Positions 18,576 to 28,600 of a stretch of DNA of 61,703 nt are shown in pieces (position 1 is the stretch's first letter; the number at the start of each line of letters is the position of its first letter). The position numbers and the translations under genes were made by a program. The stretch is from Acidobacteriota bacterium (GTDB lineage: Bacteria; Acidobacteriota; UBA6911; RPQK01): positions 1 through 61,703 of the forward strand of contig JBHGBF010000008.1 of NCBI GenBank assembly GCA_041946865.1, written 5' to 3'. Below the pieces are notes generated by a model. It had not been told where the DNA came from, searched no databases, and saw only the letters and a list, made by a program, of their open reading frames with translations.

Positions 18576-19709
18576 TCATTGCGCCGTGGCCGAACGGACG
18601 GCGGCGCCGCTGCCGGAAATCAAGGGCTCAAGCGGTGAGGGCTGCGGATCAAGCTGAGCTGCGGCTCGCAGGTAGCTTGACCAGTCCATACCCAGCGGCA
18701 GATCCAGCCGAGTCCCCCGATGGAGAGCCTGGAACCGGTCTTTTTCGACAATCAGGCACGCCTTCGGGCCGCCATAAAATTGCGACAAACCCACGTCGAT
18801 CAGTATGACCTTGCCGCCAAAACGTGGCAGCACGGCGCCCGTGGTTGGCGTATGGCCTATGACTATGTGACTGACTCGATACCGATCGAGCAGGTCGTTG
18901 ACAGCGTCTGCCGTATCCGCCTCCGGGGCTTCTGCCAGACCTCGGTACCAGAGCGGGCCCGCCGGATCGGTCACTATTCCCTTTTCAAGGAGCGAGAAAT
19001 CGCTGAGTTCCTTTCTAACTGTTTCGTTAAGCTGCCGGATGGTCCAGGAGGAGTACTTGGGGCTGATTCCGCCGTGGAGGAAAAGGATGTCTCCAATTCT
19101 GACAACAGCGTTTTTCTGCCTCAGCCACTTCCCATAGGGCCCCTTCGGTCCGAAAGCAATCCGATGCTCCACCCAGCCTGGCGGGTGCTCAGCGAACCAC
19201 CCGGCACGAAACTGCTCCTTGGACTGTCCTGTACCCTCTTTCCCCAATTCGGGAGCAACGTATTTGTCGAAATACGCCTCGCGAACCTCCTCGGATTGAG
19301 GCGAGCGAAAGGCGGCGATCTCCTCGGCAGACACGTAGCGAAGGTCACCGAAAATGTTCATTGCCTCATGATTGCCGAGGAGCACGTGAACCCGGCCGCC
19401 CACCTTCAGGGCTTCGGTCTCCAGCCGCATCAGAAGGTCCATGACCTTGCGGGATTGCGGTCCACGATCCAGCAAGTCGCCGGTTTGAACCAGATGGGTC
19501 TTTCCTGCGATCCACTTCTGTTTCTTGTCGATGACGCCGGCATCCCGCAGCAGGGCCGTGAACCGCTCGAAGTCGCCGTGCACATCCCCGACGGCCACAA
19601 TCCGTTCCGCTAGCGGAAACTCGTCCTGCCCTGCGAGGGGGGGCGTCCCGGCGCAAAGGAACGCCAGGAAGACGATTGCGGCGTAAGGATACTTGCGTGG
19701 GCGAGACAT
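18576..19709 (-). CDS. Exported metallophosphoesterase, Shewanella-like PPP phosphatase
   Basis: Signal peptide; GDVHG, GDLLDRG, GNHE, HGG, GPLWYR, GHT, IDVGLS. Confidence 0.9.
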   Translation of the reverse strand: MSRPRKYPYAAIVFLAFLCAGTPPLAGQDEFPLAERIVAVGDVHGDFERFTALLRDAGVIDKKQKWIAGKTHLVQTGDLLDRGPQSRKVMDLLMRLETEALKVGGRVHVLLGNHEAMNIFGDLRYVSAEEIAAFRSPQSEEVREAYFDKYVAPELGKEGTGQSKEQFRAGWFAEHPPGWVEHRIAFGPKGPYGKWLRQKNAVVRIGDILFLHGGISPKYSSWTIRQLNETVRKELSDFSLLEKGIVTDPAGPLWYRGLAEAPEADTADAVNDLLDRYRVSHIVIGHTPTTGAVLPRFGGKVILIDVGLSQFYGGPKACLIVEKDRFQALHRGTRLDLPLGMDWSSYLRAAAQLDPQPSPLEPLISGSGAAVRSATAQ

Positions 19710-20134
19710 AGCAGTTCTTCTTTGTCTCAGATGCGCCTGGAAGGCATGGCGTTTCAGACTTCGAGCAGCGGCTGACCTAACCTCGCGCGGGGCCGAGGCC
19801 CCCTTTTGGAGCGCGGCGGCAACGAAAGGCCGACGCTTTAGCCGGCCTCTCGTTGCCGGTCATGGCCCTGATCCTGATACGCATCTCTGAAGCAACTCCG
19901 CCGACGCAGCCAGACCGGAGCGGGCGCTTTAAGCCCGAAGGCCCCCTCAGAACTCTATCAGGCTCAACTGCCCCTCCGCAAATGTCTGCATCTGTCGGAA
20001 AAGATTCGCGCTATCATTCGGAACAAATCAACCCTGGCGGGACGAAACCAGGGTCTTGCATCCAGAGGCCGCTGCTGGCTATTCTTGGCGGGTACTTTTG
20101 CTGTTACAGTCCAAGCCGCAGGAGGGGGCCATAA

Positions 20135-20620
20135 ATGAAAGCAGTTAAGTCGATTTTGCTCGCGATCTTGTTGCCGGCGCTTTGCGCCTCGTATGTCGCT
20201 GGGAAGCCGAACTTCAGCGGGGACTGGAAGCTGAACGCCGCCAAGAGCGATTTCGGTGGGATGCCCGTACCGACCAGGTTCGAGCAGAAGATCGCTCACA
20301 ACGAACCCGAGCTTAAAATCTCCTTCACATTTGTGGGCGAGTTTGGCGAGTTTACGGCGGATTCCGTCTACACGACCGACGGTAAGGAGTGCGTGAACAC
20401 CTCCACCATGGGCCAGAGCAAGAGCACTGTGAGTTGGGAAGGCGACGCGCTGGTGGTCGTCACTAAAATGGACATGCAGGGGACTGAGGTCACGATGACC
20501 AACAGGTACTCCCTGTCCGAGGACGGCAAGACCCTCACGGTTCAGGGGCATTTCAGCAGTCCTCAGGGTGAAGGTAACTCCAGGATCGTGATGGAGAAGA
20601 TTCCCGCAACACGACACTAG
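20135..20620 (+). CDS. Exported hypothetical protein (lipocalin/FABP-like beta-barrel)
   Basis: Signal peptide; PNFSGDWKLNAAKSDFG, YSLSEDGKTLT; AGGAGG RBS. Confidence 0.75.
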   Translation: MKAVKSILLAILLPALCASYVAGKPNFSGDWKLNAAKSDFGGMPVPTRFEQKIAHNEPELKISFTFVGEFGEFTADSVYTTDGKECVNTSTMGQSKSTVSWEGDALVVVTKMDMQGTEVTMTNRYSLSEDGKTLTVQGHFSSPQGEGNSRIVMEKIPATRH

Positions 20621-20633
20621 TTGTGCTGGCGCG

Positions 20634-23600
20634 TTGTCAGTGACTTTCGGAAGCCAGCCGTCGGAGCCCCAGGGCCCGAGTCAGTTCAGGAAAGGCCCGG
20701 GGAGGCATGTGCGATTAGCCAAGATCACCCGGCCGCGGGTCATCGGCGTACTCCCGCGGACGAGACTCTTTCATCTGCTGGATCATGCCTCGGGTCGTTA
20801 CCCGCTTCTCTGGATTTCGGGGCCGGCCGGCTGCGGAAAGACAACTCTCGTAGCCAGCTGGCTGGACTACAGGAAGCTGTCCTGCCTGTGGTACAGGATT
20901 GATGCTGGAGATGACGACGTTGCCACCTTCTTTTACTACCTGGGTCTTGCAGCACGGAGGGGCCCCTGCGGCAAGAAGACTGCACTTCCCCTCCTGACGC
21001 CCGAATATTCCCTCGGAGTTCTGACCTTCGCTCGACGTTTCTTTGAAAAGCTTCTCGCCTCACCCCGGCGCGTTGATGCGAGCAGGCCTGTGATCGTTTT
21101 CGACAACTACCAGGAGATATGGGAAGACTCGGGATTCCACGACGTGATCGCTCATGCCCTGGAGGTCGTCCCGGAAGGAGCCGTCATCGCCGTATTGAGC
21201 AGGACGGGCCCTCCTCCCTCCTTGTCCCGACTGCAGGCCGGCGGCGGCGTCTTTATTTTGGACTGGGATCGGATCCGGTTCACCGCCGGCGAATCCTTTG
21301 CCCTAGCCGCCAAGATCGCCGCCTCTAAAAGAAAGAAACCACTGCCGAAAAGCGCGCTCAGAAGAGTTTATGAAAGGACGGGAGGCTGGGCGGCTGGGAT
21401 TGTCCTGATGATGGCAAGCACCGGGGAATCGGGAGCTGTCGACAGCTTCCTGCCGGCCGAGATTTTTAACTACTTTGCTTCAGAGATCTTGAAGAAGACT
21501 GACAGGGAGACTGAAAAGTTCCTTCTGAAGACTGCTTTCCTGCCTGACCTGACTGCTGCCTGGGCCGAGCGATTGACCGGGGCAAAGGCGGCCGCGGAAA
21601 TCCTGTCAAAGCTGACCCGCAGCCACTTTTTCACCTACAGCACTTCAGACGTCCAGCCTCTTTATCACTACCACTCGATGTTCCGCGACTTTCTCCTCGC
21701 GACGGCCGCAAAGTCGCTTTCCTCAGAAGAAAGGCACCGGGCCAAGAGGACTGCTGCCGAAATCCTGGCCGAGGCCGGGCGGTATGACTCTGCGGCGGGC
21801 CTTTTGCGCGAGGCACGCGACTGGGACGGCCTGGCGCATCTGGTTCTTCTGGCCGCGCCTCAGCTTTCCGCGCAGGGCAGAAGTCGAGTCGTCGAAGAAT
21901 GGATCGCGAGCCTTCCCGCAGGGTTCCCGGCTCGGATGCCCTGGCTCGTCTACTGGCTTGGCGCTTGCCGGATGCCTTTCGACCCGGTCGCCAGCCGCCG
22001 GCTGTTCGAAAAAGCTTTTCCCGCTTTCGAGGCGGCCCATGATGTGCCCGGTATGCTTCTATCCTGGGCCGGGCTGGTTGTTTCGCTGTCGCTCAGTTTC
22101 GAGGATATCGCGAAACTCGAAGAGCGGTTTCTTCAGCTCGACGCCCTGATGAAGCAGGCTCGGGAACCGCTTACGGCGGAGGTCTTGCTGGCAGTCACCT
22201 CGGCGGTATTCTTCGCATCCACCAATCTTCGATCCGATGTCGACATCGATGAGTGGGTAGAGCGCGGACTGGCCCTGCGGCAGGAGACCCATGACGTCAA
22301 GACCGTGACTCAGATCCTGTCAAACATGGCGATCTACCTTGCCCTGCGCAAGGGAGATCTGAGGAGAGCCGAATCGGTCATTGCCATCCTGCGGGACCTG
22401 GCCCATTCGAGCGCCGCACCCTTTGTCCAGCTTGCCTCGGCGCTCGCCGAAGCGCTCTTTAGGACTTTTACGGGAGAGCATCGGGCCTGTCTGGAAGCAG
22501 TGTCCACGGGATTGGAAGTGTCCGCCTCGACCGGGATACACGTCATGGATTTTCTGATCCTCATCCAAGGGGTGCTGAGCTCTCTTAACACCGACGACCT
22601 CGAGACTGCTCGCGATTTGCTCAAGAAAACGGCATTGGCCCAGGAGGGTGCAGGGAAGTTCGCTTCCGGCTGTTTTCACACCTTACTGGGTACCGAGGCT
22701 TTGCAGCGCGGCGCCATACCGGAAGCGATGGCGCAGACCGAGCTCGCCGTACGGCTTCTCGAAGATATCGGACAGCCGACAAGCAGCGCCATGGCCCGCC
22801 TGGTTGAGGCCCAGATTCTGTACGAAAGCGGTAAGACTCACCGCGCTTTTCGATCCCTCTCGCGGGCCCATCACGTTAGCCGAGCGATCGGGTCCGATTT
22901 CCTGGAATTCGGTTGTCTGCTTACGAACGCTCACTTCCTGTTTCGCCGGGGGGAGGAAGAGAAGGCATTGGCGCTGCTCCGCAAGGGACTCGGCGCCGGA
23001 CGAAAACAAGGCAACTATTTCCCCCTCGTCTGGCAGCCTTCGGCCATGGCCGATCTGTGTCTGAAGGCCCTGGAGAACGGCATCGAGCCCGACTATGTCC
23101 GGACGCTCATCCAAAGGCGCAATCTGATCCCCGAATCGCCGGTCAACAACGAAGCCTGGCCGTATCCGGTCAGAATACGCACCTTCGGGGGGTTCTCGCT
23201 GGTGGCCGATGGAAGGCCGGTGAGGTTCGCCGGCAAAGTGCAGCACAAGCCGCTCGATCTGCTCAAAGCGCTCATCGCATTTGGCGGCGCCGAGGTGCCT
23301 GAAACGCGACTCGCCGACGCCTTGTGGCCCGATGCGGAGGGTGACCTTGCTCACCGGGCATTCGCCACGACCCTTCACCGGTTGCGCAAGCTTCTCCGTG
23401 ACCATCGAGTCATTCACTTTGTCGAAGGAAAGGTGACGCTCGATCCGAAGTACTGCTGGGTGGATGCCTGGGTTTTCGACAGAATAGCCAAGGCCATGGA
23501 GGAGGCCCCAACTTTGCAGCTACGAGCCCAGGCGGAGGAGTTGCTGGCCATCTACAGGGGTCCTTTTTTGCCCGAGGACAGTGCCAAGAACTGGACGGTT

Positions 23601-23897
23601 TCAGCTTGCGAGCGGTTTGTCGGCAAGTTCGTGCATGTGGTGGAGAAGCTGGCCGGGCAGCTGGCGGCGGAAGGACACTGGAAGGACGCGGCGGCCTGCT
23701 ATTTGCGGGGCCTGGAAGTCGATGAGACCCGCGAGGAATTCTACCGGGGACTGATGAGATCCTATCTTGAGCTCGGCCGACGTTCCGACGCCCTGTCTGC
23801 CTACCGGCGTTGCCAGCGCACGTTGGTCGCCAGTCTCGGCGTTACTATGTCCGAAGAAACCGAACAACTGTATCGGCTCGCCCTGCAGAGAAGTTAA
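20634..23897 (+). CDS. MalT-like STAND ATPase with TPRs and C-terminal SARP/BTAD transcriptional activator domain
   Basis: GPAGCGKTTL Walker A, IVFDNYQ Walker B, TGGWAAGI, YHYHSMFRDFL, RIRTFGGFSL...LWPDA...LHRLRKLL wHTH, YRGPFL...EEFYRGLMRSY BTAD. Confidence 0.88.
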   Translation: MSVTFGSQPSEPQGPSQFRKGPGRHVRLAKITRPRVIGVLPRTRLFHLLDHASGRYPLLWISGPAGCGKTTLVASWLDYRKLSCLWYRIDAGDDDVATFFYYLGLAARRGPCGKKTALPLLTPEYSLGVLTFARRFFEKLLASPRRVDASRPVIVFDNYQEIWEDSGFHDVIAHALEVVPEGAVIAVLSRTGPPPSLSRLQAGGGVFILDWDRIRFTAGESFALAAKIAASKRKKPLPKSALRRVYERTGGWAAGIVLMMASTGESGAVDSFLPAEIFNYFASEILKKTDRETEKFLLKTAFLPDLTAAWAERLTGAKAAAEILSKLTRSHFFTYSTSDVQPLYHYHSMFRDFLLATAAKSLSSEERHRAKRTAAEILAEAGRYDSAAGLLREARDWDGLAHLVLLAAPQLSAQGRSRVVEEWIASLPAGFPARMPWLVYWLGACRMPFDPVASRRLFEKAFPAFEAAHDVPGMLLSWAGLVVSLSLSFEDIAKLEERFLQLDALMKQAREPLTAEVLLAVTSAVFFASTNLRSDVDIDEWVERGLALRQETHDVKTVTQILSNMAIYLALRKGDLRRAESVIAILRDLAHSSAAPFVQLASALAEALFRTFTGEHRACLEAVSTGLEVSASTGIHVMDFLILIQGVLSSLNTDDLETARDLLKKTALAQEGAGKFASGCFHTLLGTEALQRGAIPEAMAQTELAVRLLEDIGQPTSSAMARLVEAQILYESGKTHRAFRSLSRAHHVSRAIGSDFLEFGCLLTNAHFLFRRGEEEKALALLRKGLGAGRKQGNYFPLVWQPSAMADLCLKALENGIEPDYVRTLIQRRNLIPESPVNNEAWPYPVRIRTFGGFSLVADGRPVRFAGKVQHKPLDLLKALIAFGGAEVPETRLADALWPDAEGDLAHRAFATTLHRLRKLLRDHRVIHFVEGKVTLDPKYCWVDAWVFDRIAKAMEEAPTLQLRAQAEELLAIYRGPFLPEDSAKNWTVSACERFVGKFVHVVEKLAGQLAAEGHWKDAAACYLRGLEVDETREEFYRGLMRSYLELGRRSDALSAYRRCQRTLVASLGVTMSEETEQLYRLALQRS

Positions 23898-23970
23898 ACG
23901 CACGCCAATCGTCAAGCCGTCACGATGGGCAAACTGATTGGGTTCGCACCTCAGCCTCACCCCGGCGGCG

Positions 23971-23992
23971 AATCTGTAATCAATCTGTAATC
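23971..23992 (+). promoter_or_regulatory. 11-bp tandem direct repeat, candidate SARP/BTAD binding site
   Basis: AATCTGTAATC twice (23971-23981, 23982-23992), between the BTAD gene and the YD/RHS operon. Confidence 0.55.
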
Positions 23993-24045
23993 CGGTCATC
24001 CGAAGAATACGTTTGACCGCGTTCTTTCTGCGCGGGGAGGGTGAC

Positions 24046-25593
24046 ATGTTCAACCGAAGACTCCTACCCGGTTTGTGCCTCGTCCTGCTGTGCGTAAGCT
24101 CGTTTCTGCTTCTCGGCGACCAGACTACGGTCAAGTACCGGTATGACGCCGCGGGCCGCGTCGTCGAAGCCCAGTACGGGGCCACGGCGCGGATTGTCTA
24201 TCAGTACGATCCCATGGGGAATCTGCTCAGCAGGAGCGTGATTCTGAGCGGCTCGCTGCTTTACCTGCCCTTCTACCAGGCGGGTCCGTCCACTTTTCTG
24301 GGGGTGGCGGTGGCCAATTATTCCGACTCCGCCGCTAACCTTGAGTTCCGGGCCTTCGGGGAAAACGGAGCACTTCTGCCTTTTCCACAAAACCCTTACA
24401 ACGTGCCGTTAGCAGCACGCAATCAGCTGGCCAGGCTGGGCGCTCAGCTCTTCAACGTTGATTCGGCGAGCAACCAGGCCGGGTGGATCCAGATCACCTC
24501 AGACAATCCACAGATCGGCGCCTTTTTCGAGTCTGGGAACAACGCGCTGACCCAGCTGGACGGCGCGATCGGCACCCCCACGCAGGCCACCAGGCTGTAC
24601 CTCACCCGGGCCTGCGAGGGTCCGACCGGGTTCCGCGGCCAGGGTTCGGCGACCTTCGTCAGCATCGCCAATCCGAACGACGCGTCGATCGGGCTGCAGC
24701 TGAAGCTCTTCGGCTTGCAGGCGCCGGGAGGCACCCAGGCTGTGCAGCTGGGAGCGACCGTGAACCAGACCATCGCAGCCAAAGGCGTACTTTACAGGAA
24801 CATCACCGACCTTTTTGGAGTGGCGGTGGCGCAGGGTTACGTTCGGGTGGACGTCACCGACGGCCCGGGGGCCGTCGGGTTTGAGCTGATCCAGTGCACG
24901 GGCGTCCCCACCCTGATCGGGCTCAATGCCGGCCTCGGGAACGAGAACAACGAGTTGTTCTCGGCCCAACTGGCCTCGGGCGTAACCCTGTTCACCAGCC
25001 TGAAACTGATCAACACCAGCGCGGCGGCGCGCCAGATCACCCTGCGGGCCATCAGGGATGACGGCTCGGCCCTGGCGCCCCAGGTTCAGCTGGCGCTGGG
25101 GCCCGGAGACTTCTTGGAACGTGACGCCGGCGAAATCTTCACCTTCACCGACGCGCTGGCAGTGGGATCGCTGCACGTGCAGGCCGACGGACCTGGGGTA
25201 ATCGGAGACGTGGTCTTCGGCGAGCCGGGATCGCTTAAGTACGCCAGCTCGATGCCGCTCCAAGTCCAGAAATTCTCCACGGCGGTGCTGAACCAGGTGG
25301 CTAACGGAATGGGACTCTTTACCGGACTGGCGCTTTACAACCCGGGCAACGAGGCCGCGAATGTGACGATTGAGGTCTATGCGCCGACGGGCACGATGAC
25401 CGGCAGCACGAATTTTCCGTTGCCCGCCGGCGGCCGCCTCTCACAACTGGTCCCGCAACTTGTGCCGGAGACCGCCGGTCAGGTCACGGGGTTCATCATC
25501 TTACGTTCCACCCGTCCCTTGATCGCGCAGCAACTCTTTGGAGAAAACGGTTTGAGCATGCTTTCGGCGGTTCCGCCGAGCGTGGTGAACTAA
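24046..25593 (+). CDS. Secreted protein with two N-terminal YD (RHS) repeats and tandem beta-sandwich domains
   Basis: GGAGG RBS; signal peptide; YRYDAAGRV and YQYDPMGNLL; recurring GVAVAN/SIANPN/LKLINT/GLALYNP modules. Confidence 0.75.
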   Translation: MFNRRLLPGLCLVLLCVSSFLLLGDQTTVKYRYDAAGRVVEAQYGATARIVYQYDPMGNLLSRSVILSGSLLYLPFYQAGPSTFLGVAVANYSDSAANLEFRAFGENGALLPFPQNPYNVPLAARNQLARLGAQLFNVDSASNQAGWIQITSDNPQIGAFFESGNNALTQLDGAIGTPTQATRLYLTRACEGPTGFRGQGSATFVSIANPNDASIGLQLKLFGLQAPGGTQAVQLGATVNQTIAAKGVLYRNITDLFGVAVAQGYVRVDVTDGPGAVGFELIQCTGVPTLIGLNAGLGNENNELFSAQLASGVTLFTSLKLINTSAAARQITLRAIRDDGSALAPQVQLALGPGDFLERDAGEIFTFTDALAVGSLHVQADGPGVIGDVVFGEPGSLKYASSMPLQVQKFSTAVLNQVANGMGLFTGLALYNPGNEAANVTIEVYAPTGTMTGSTNFPLPAGGRLSQLVPQLVPETAGQVTGFIILRSTRPLIAQQLFGENGLSMLSAVPPSVVN

Positions 25594-25630
25594 GACCTGT
25601 GACACGCGGTCGAAACCGAAAGGAAACTCC

Positions 25631-28600
25631 ATGAAATCCAGGATCGTCACCGATCGGATCAGCTTCAGGTATTGGCTCGCTGCCACGCCAGGCAAGCCCG
25701 CCTGGACCAGCAGCATGCGCCTGGTGGAGACCTTCGTGATGTGCCTGCTTGGTCTCGGCATGGCCCTGGCGCAAGACCCCAGCCGCGCGGCAAGCGCGGA
25801 GAAACCGGTCCACAAGAACAGCGTGAGCGGGGGCGGCGGCTCCGTTCCCCTGATGATCGAGCCTGACTCCGGTTTCTATTTCCCGTATGAATACAAGCCG
25901 GGTGGCACGCCTCTCGTCGGAGACCCCCTCTCGTCGGCGACCGGCGAGTACCGCAATACCTGGCCGCTTCTTTCGCTGGGGGGCGTCCTTCCCCTGCACG
26001 TCTCTCTCCTGTATGCGCCCGACCTCTTTAACCGGACGGTGGCGAGTGACGGGCCCAACCAGACGGAGCATTACATCCGAGGCTTCACCACGGACACGGT
26101 GTATCGTCTCATTGAGTTCGAAGAGAGAGGCGGTCAACAACAGGCGTTCATCAACGTTCTCTTAAAAGACGACACCTTTGTGTTCCTTGACCAGGGGGGA
26201 GGCCAGTTTGTTCCCGACGGCGAGCGCAAGCTACAGATACAAAGGCTGGGCGACTACTATTACCTGAGTGACCCTGTCACGGAGCTGATTTACATTTTTC
26301 GAAGCCGGGTCAAGAACACCCAGCGTCCATTTCAGTTGGTCCGGCGGATGGGCGAGGCGGTTGTCATCATGGACCGCAACGGGAACAGCCTCAGATTCTC
26401 GTACAATTCGGACAACAACCCGACGCTGATCGAAGACGGTCTCGGCCGCCGGCTGGTCTTCAGCTACAACCAGGACGGCAGGCTCAAATCCGTATCCGAC
26501 GGACAGGGACGAACATGCACTTTTGCCTACCAGAATTCCAAGCTGGCGTCCTTCACCAACCCGGCGGGCGGTGTCACCCGGTTCGAATACGACGCAGGCA
26601 GTTCCTTCGGCGACAAGCTGAAGCGCTACATCCTCCCCGCCGGAAACGCGCCCTTCAATCAGACCTGGCAGCAGCGGCCGGCCCCCAATATCGGCTGGGA
26701 GGTGGAGTCTGTAGTCAACCAGACAGACGCCTATCAGAACACTCTGACGATAGGCTTCGACCCGACCCACGACGAGCTGACCGCCAACTTCCCCGATGGC
26801 ACGAGGACTGTTTACGCGAGCGGCCTGGCAAGGTACCCACTCAGGATCACCGACACCGAGGGGCATACAGCCTCGTACACTTACGACTTTGCCAATCTCG
26901 AGGTGACCAAATTCACCGACCGGACGGGTGTTGCGACAGGTTTCACCTATCATCCACAAAGCGGCCTGTTAGCCTCAATCACCAACGCCAACGGCCAGAC
27001 GACGAAGTTCACCTACACCGCTTATCCTCAGAACTTCACCAGCCCGATCGATCAGACACCCTTCTCCTTCACGTTCTACAACCTGACCTCTGTCGAGTTT
27101 CCTGACAAGAGTCAGTTGAGCTACTCCTATGATGGCAAGGGGAACCTCCTGACCTGCATTGATCCGGCTGGAAAGGTGTGGACATACACCTACAATGCTC
27201 GGGGCCAGATCCTCACGTCGGTCAACCCCGCCGGCGGAGAGCTTCGCTACACCTATAACGCCGATGGCACGGTGGCCTCGGCACAAGACTCGGACACCGG
27301 CTCGACGACATACGGCTATGATCCTTTCCGTCGAGTGAACAGAATCACTCGCCCTGACGGCAAGTTCGTTCAGATCGTCTACGATGAGCAAGATCGAATT
27401 ACCTCGATGACCGACGAAAACGGCCACCAGTATTCCTTCGAGTATGACGCCAACGGAAACCTGAAAAGGATAATCAATCCTAAGGGCTACTTCCGCCAGA
27501 ACGACTATGACCTGATGGACCGCCGCATCCGTTCGACCGACCCTCTCGGCAAGGCGACTACTTTCGGTTTTGACAACCGGGGACGTCTCGGAACCGTCAC
27601 CGACCCGAATGGCTTGACCACGACTCTTGGCTACGAACCACGCGGCTGGCTGAACCGAATCACCCGGGGAGGCCAGACCTGGCGCCGGGGCCACGACAAC
27701 GAAGGAGTGATCAAGACTCGGACCACGCCTTTGAACCATACAGCCAGCTTCCAGACCGATAAGCTCGGGCTGCTCGTGGGCGTTACCGATGCCTTGGGGC
27801 ATGCCGGCGCCATCAAGCGCGACGAGCTGAACAGAATCATCGAAATGACGGATCCGGAAGGCCGAACCACGAACTACAAATACGACAGCCGGGGGGATCT
27901 CTCGGAAGCGAGCCAGCCGGTCACCGGGACGGCCACCTATGAGAGGAACGATCTTGGTCTGCTCAGCCGGCTGACCGATCCGAACGGCGCCAAATGGGAA
28001 TTTGGCTATACCGACATGGGACGCCTCGACTCTCACACTGATCCTCTAGGCAACACCTGGAGTCATACGCATGACAGCCACGGAAGACTGTCTCAAACCA
28101 CTTATCCGGATGGATCAACACTGACACGAAGCTATGACGGTGCGGGCAATCTGACCCGGAAGTCCTACTCGGGAGGCCCTGATCAGCAGTTCACGTATGA
28201 CGAACTGGACCGGAGGACGGGCGCCACCGGCATCAGCTTCATCAGAGACAAGGCAGGCCGGATTACCTCGACTGCGGACCAGGGGACGGTTTTCGGCGCC
28301 GGCTACGACGATGGCGGAAGGCTCAAGACTGCGACTTACAACAATAATGCGTTGACCGTCACTTACACCTACGATGCCGTCACGGGGCTTTTGTCCCGGG
28401 TCACAGACAGTCTGACGAACGCGCGCATCGATTTCGCTGCCGACAATGACGGGAGACTGATCGGGATTACCCGTTCCAACGGTGTGAACGCGACCATCAC
28501 CTGGGATGAAGCCGACCGCCTCACCCGGATTCAGGACGGAAGCTTCCTTGATCTGAACTATACCTTCGACCCCGCCGGTCAGATTACCGAAGTCCGGGGG

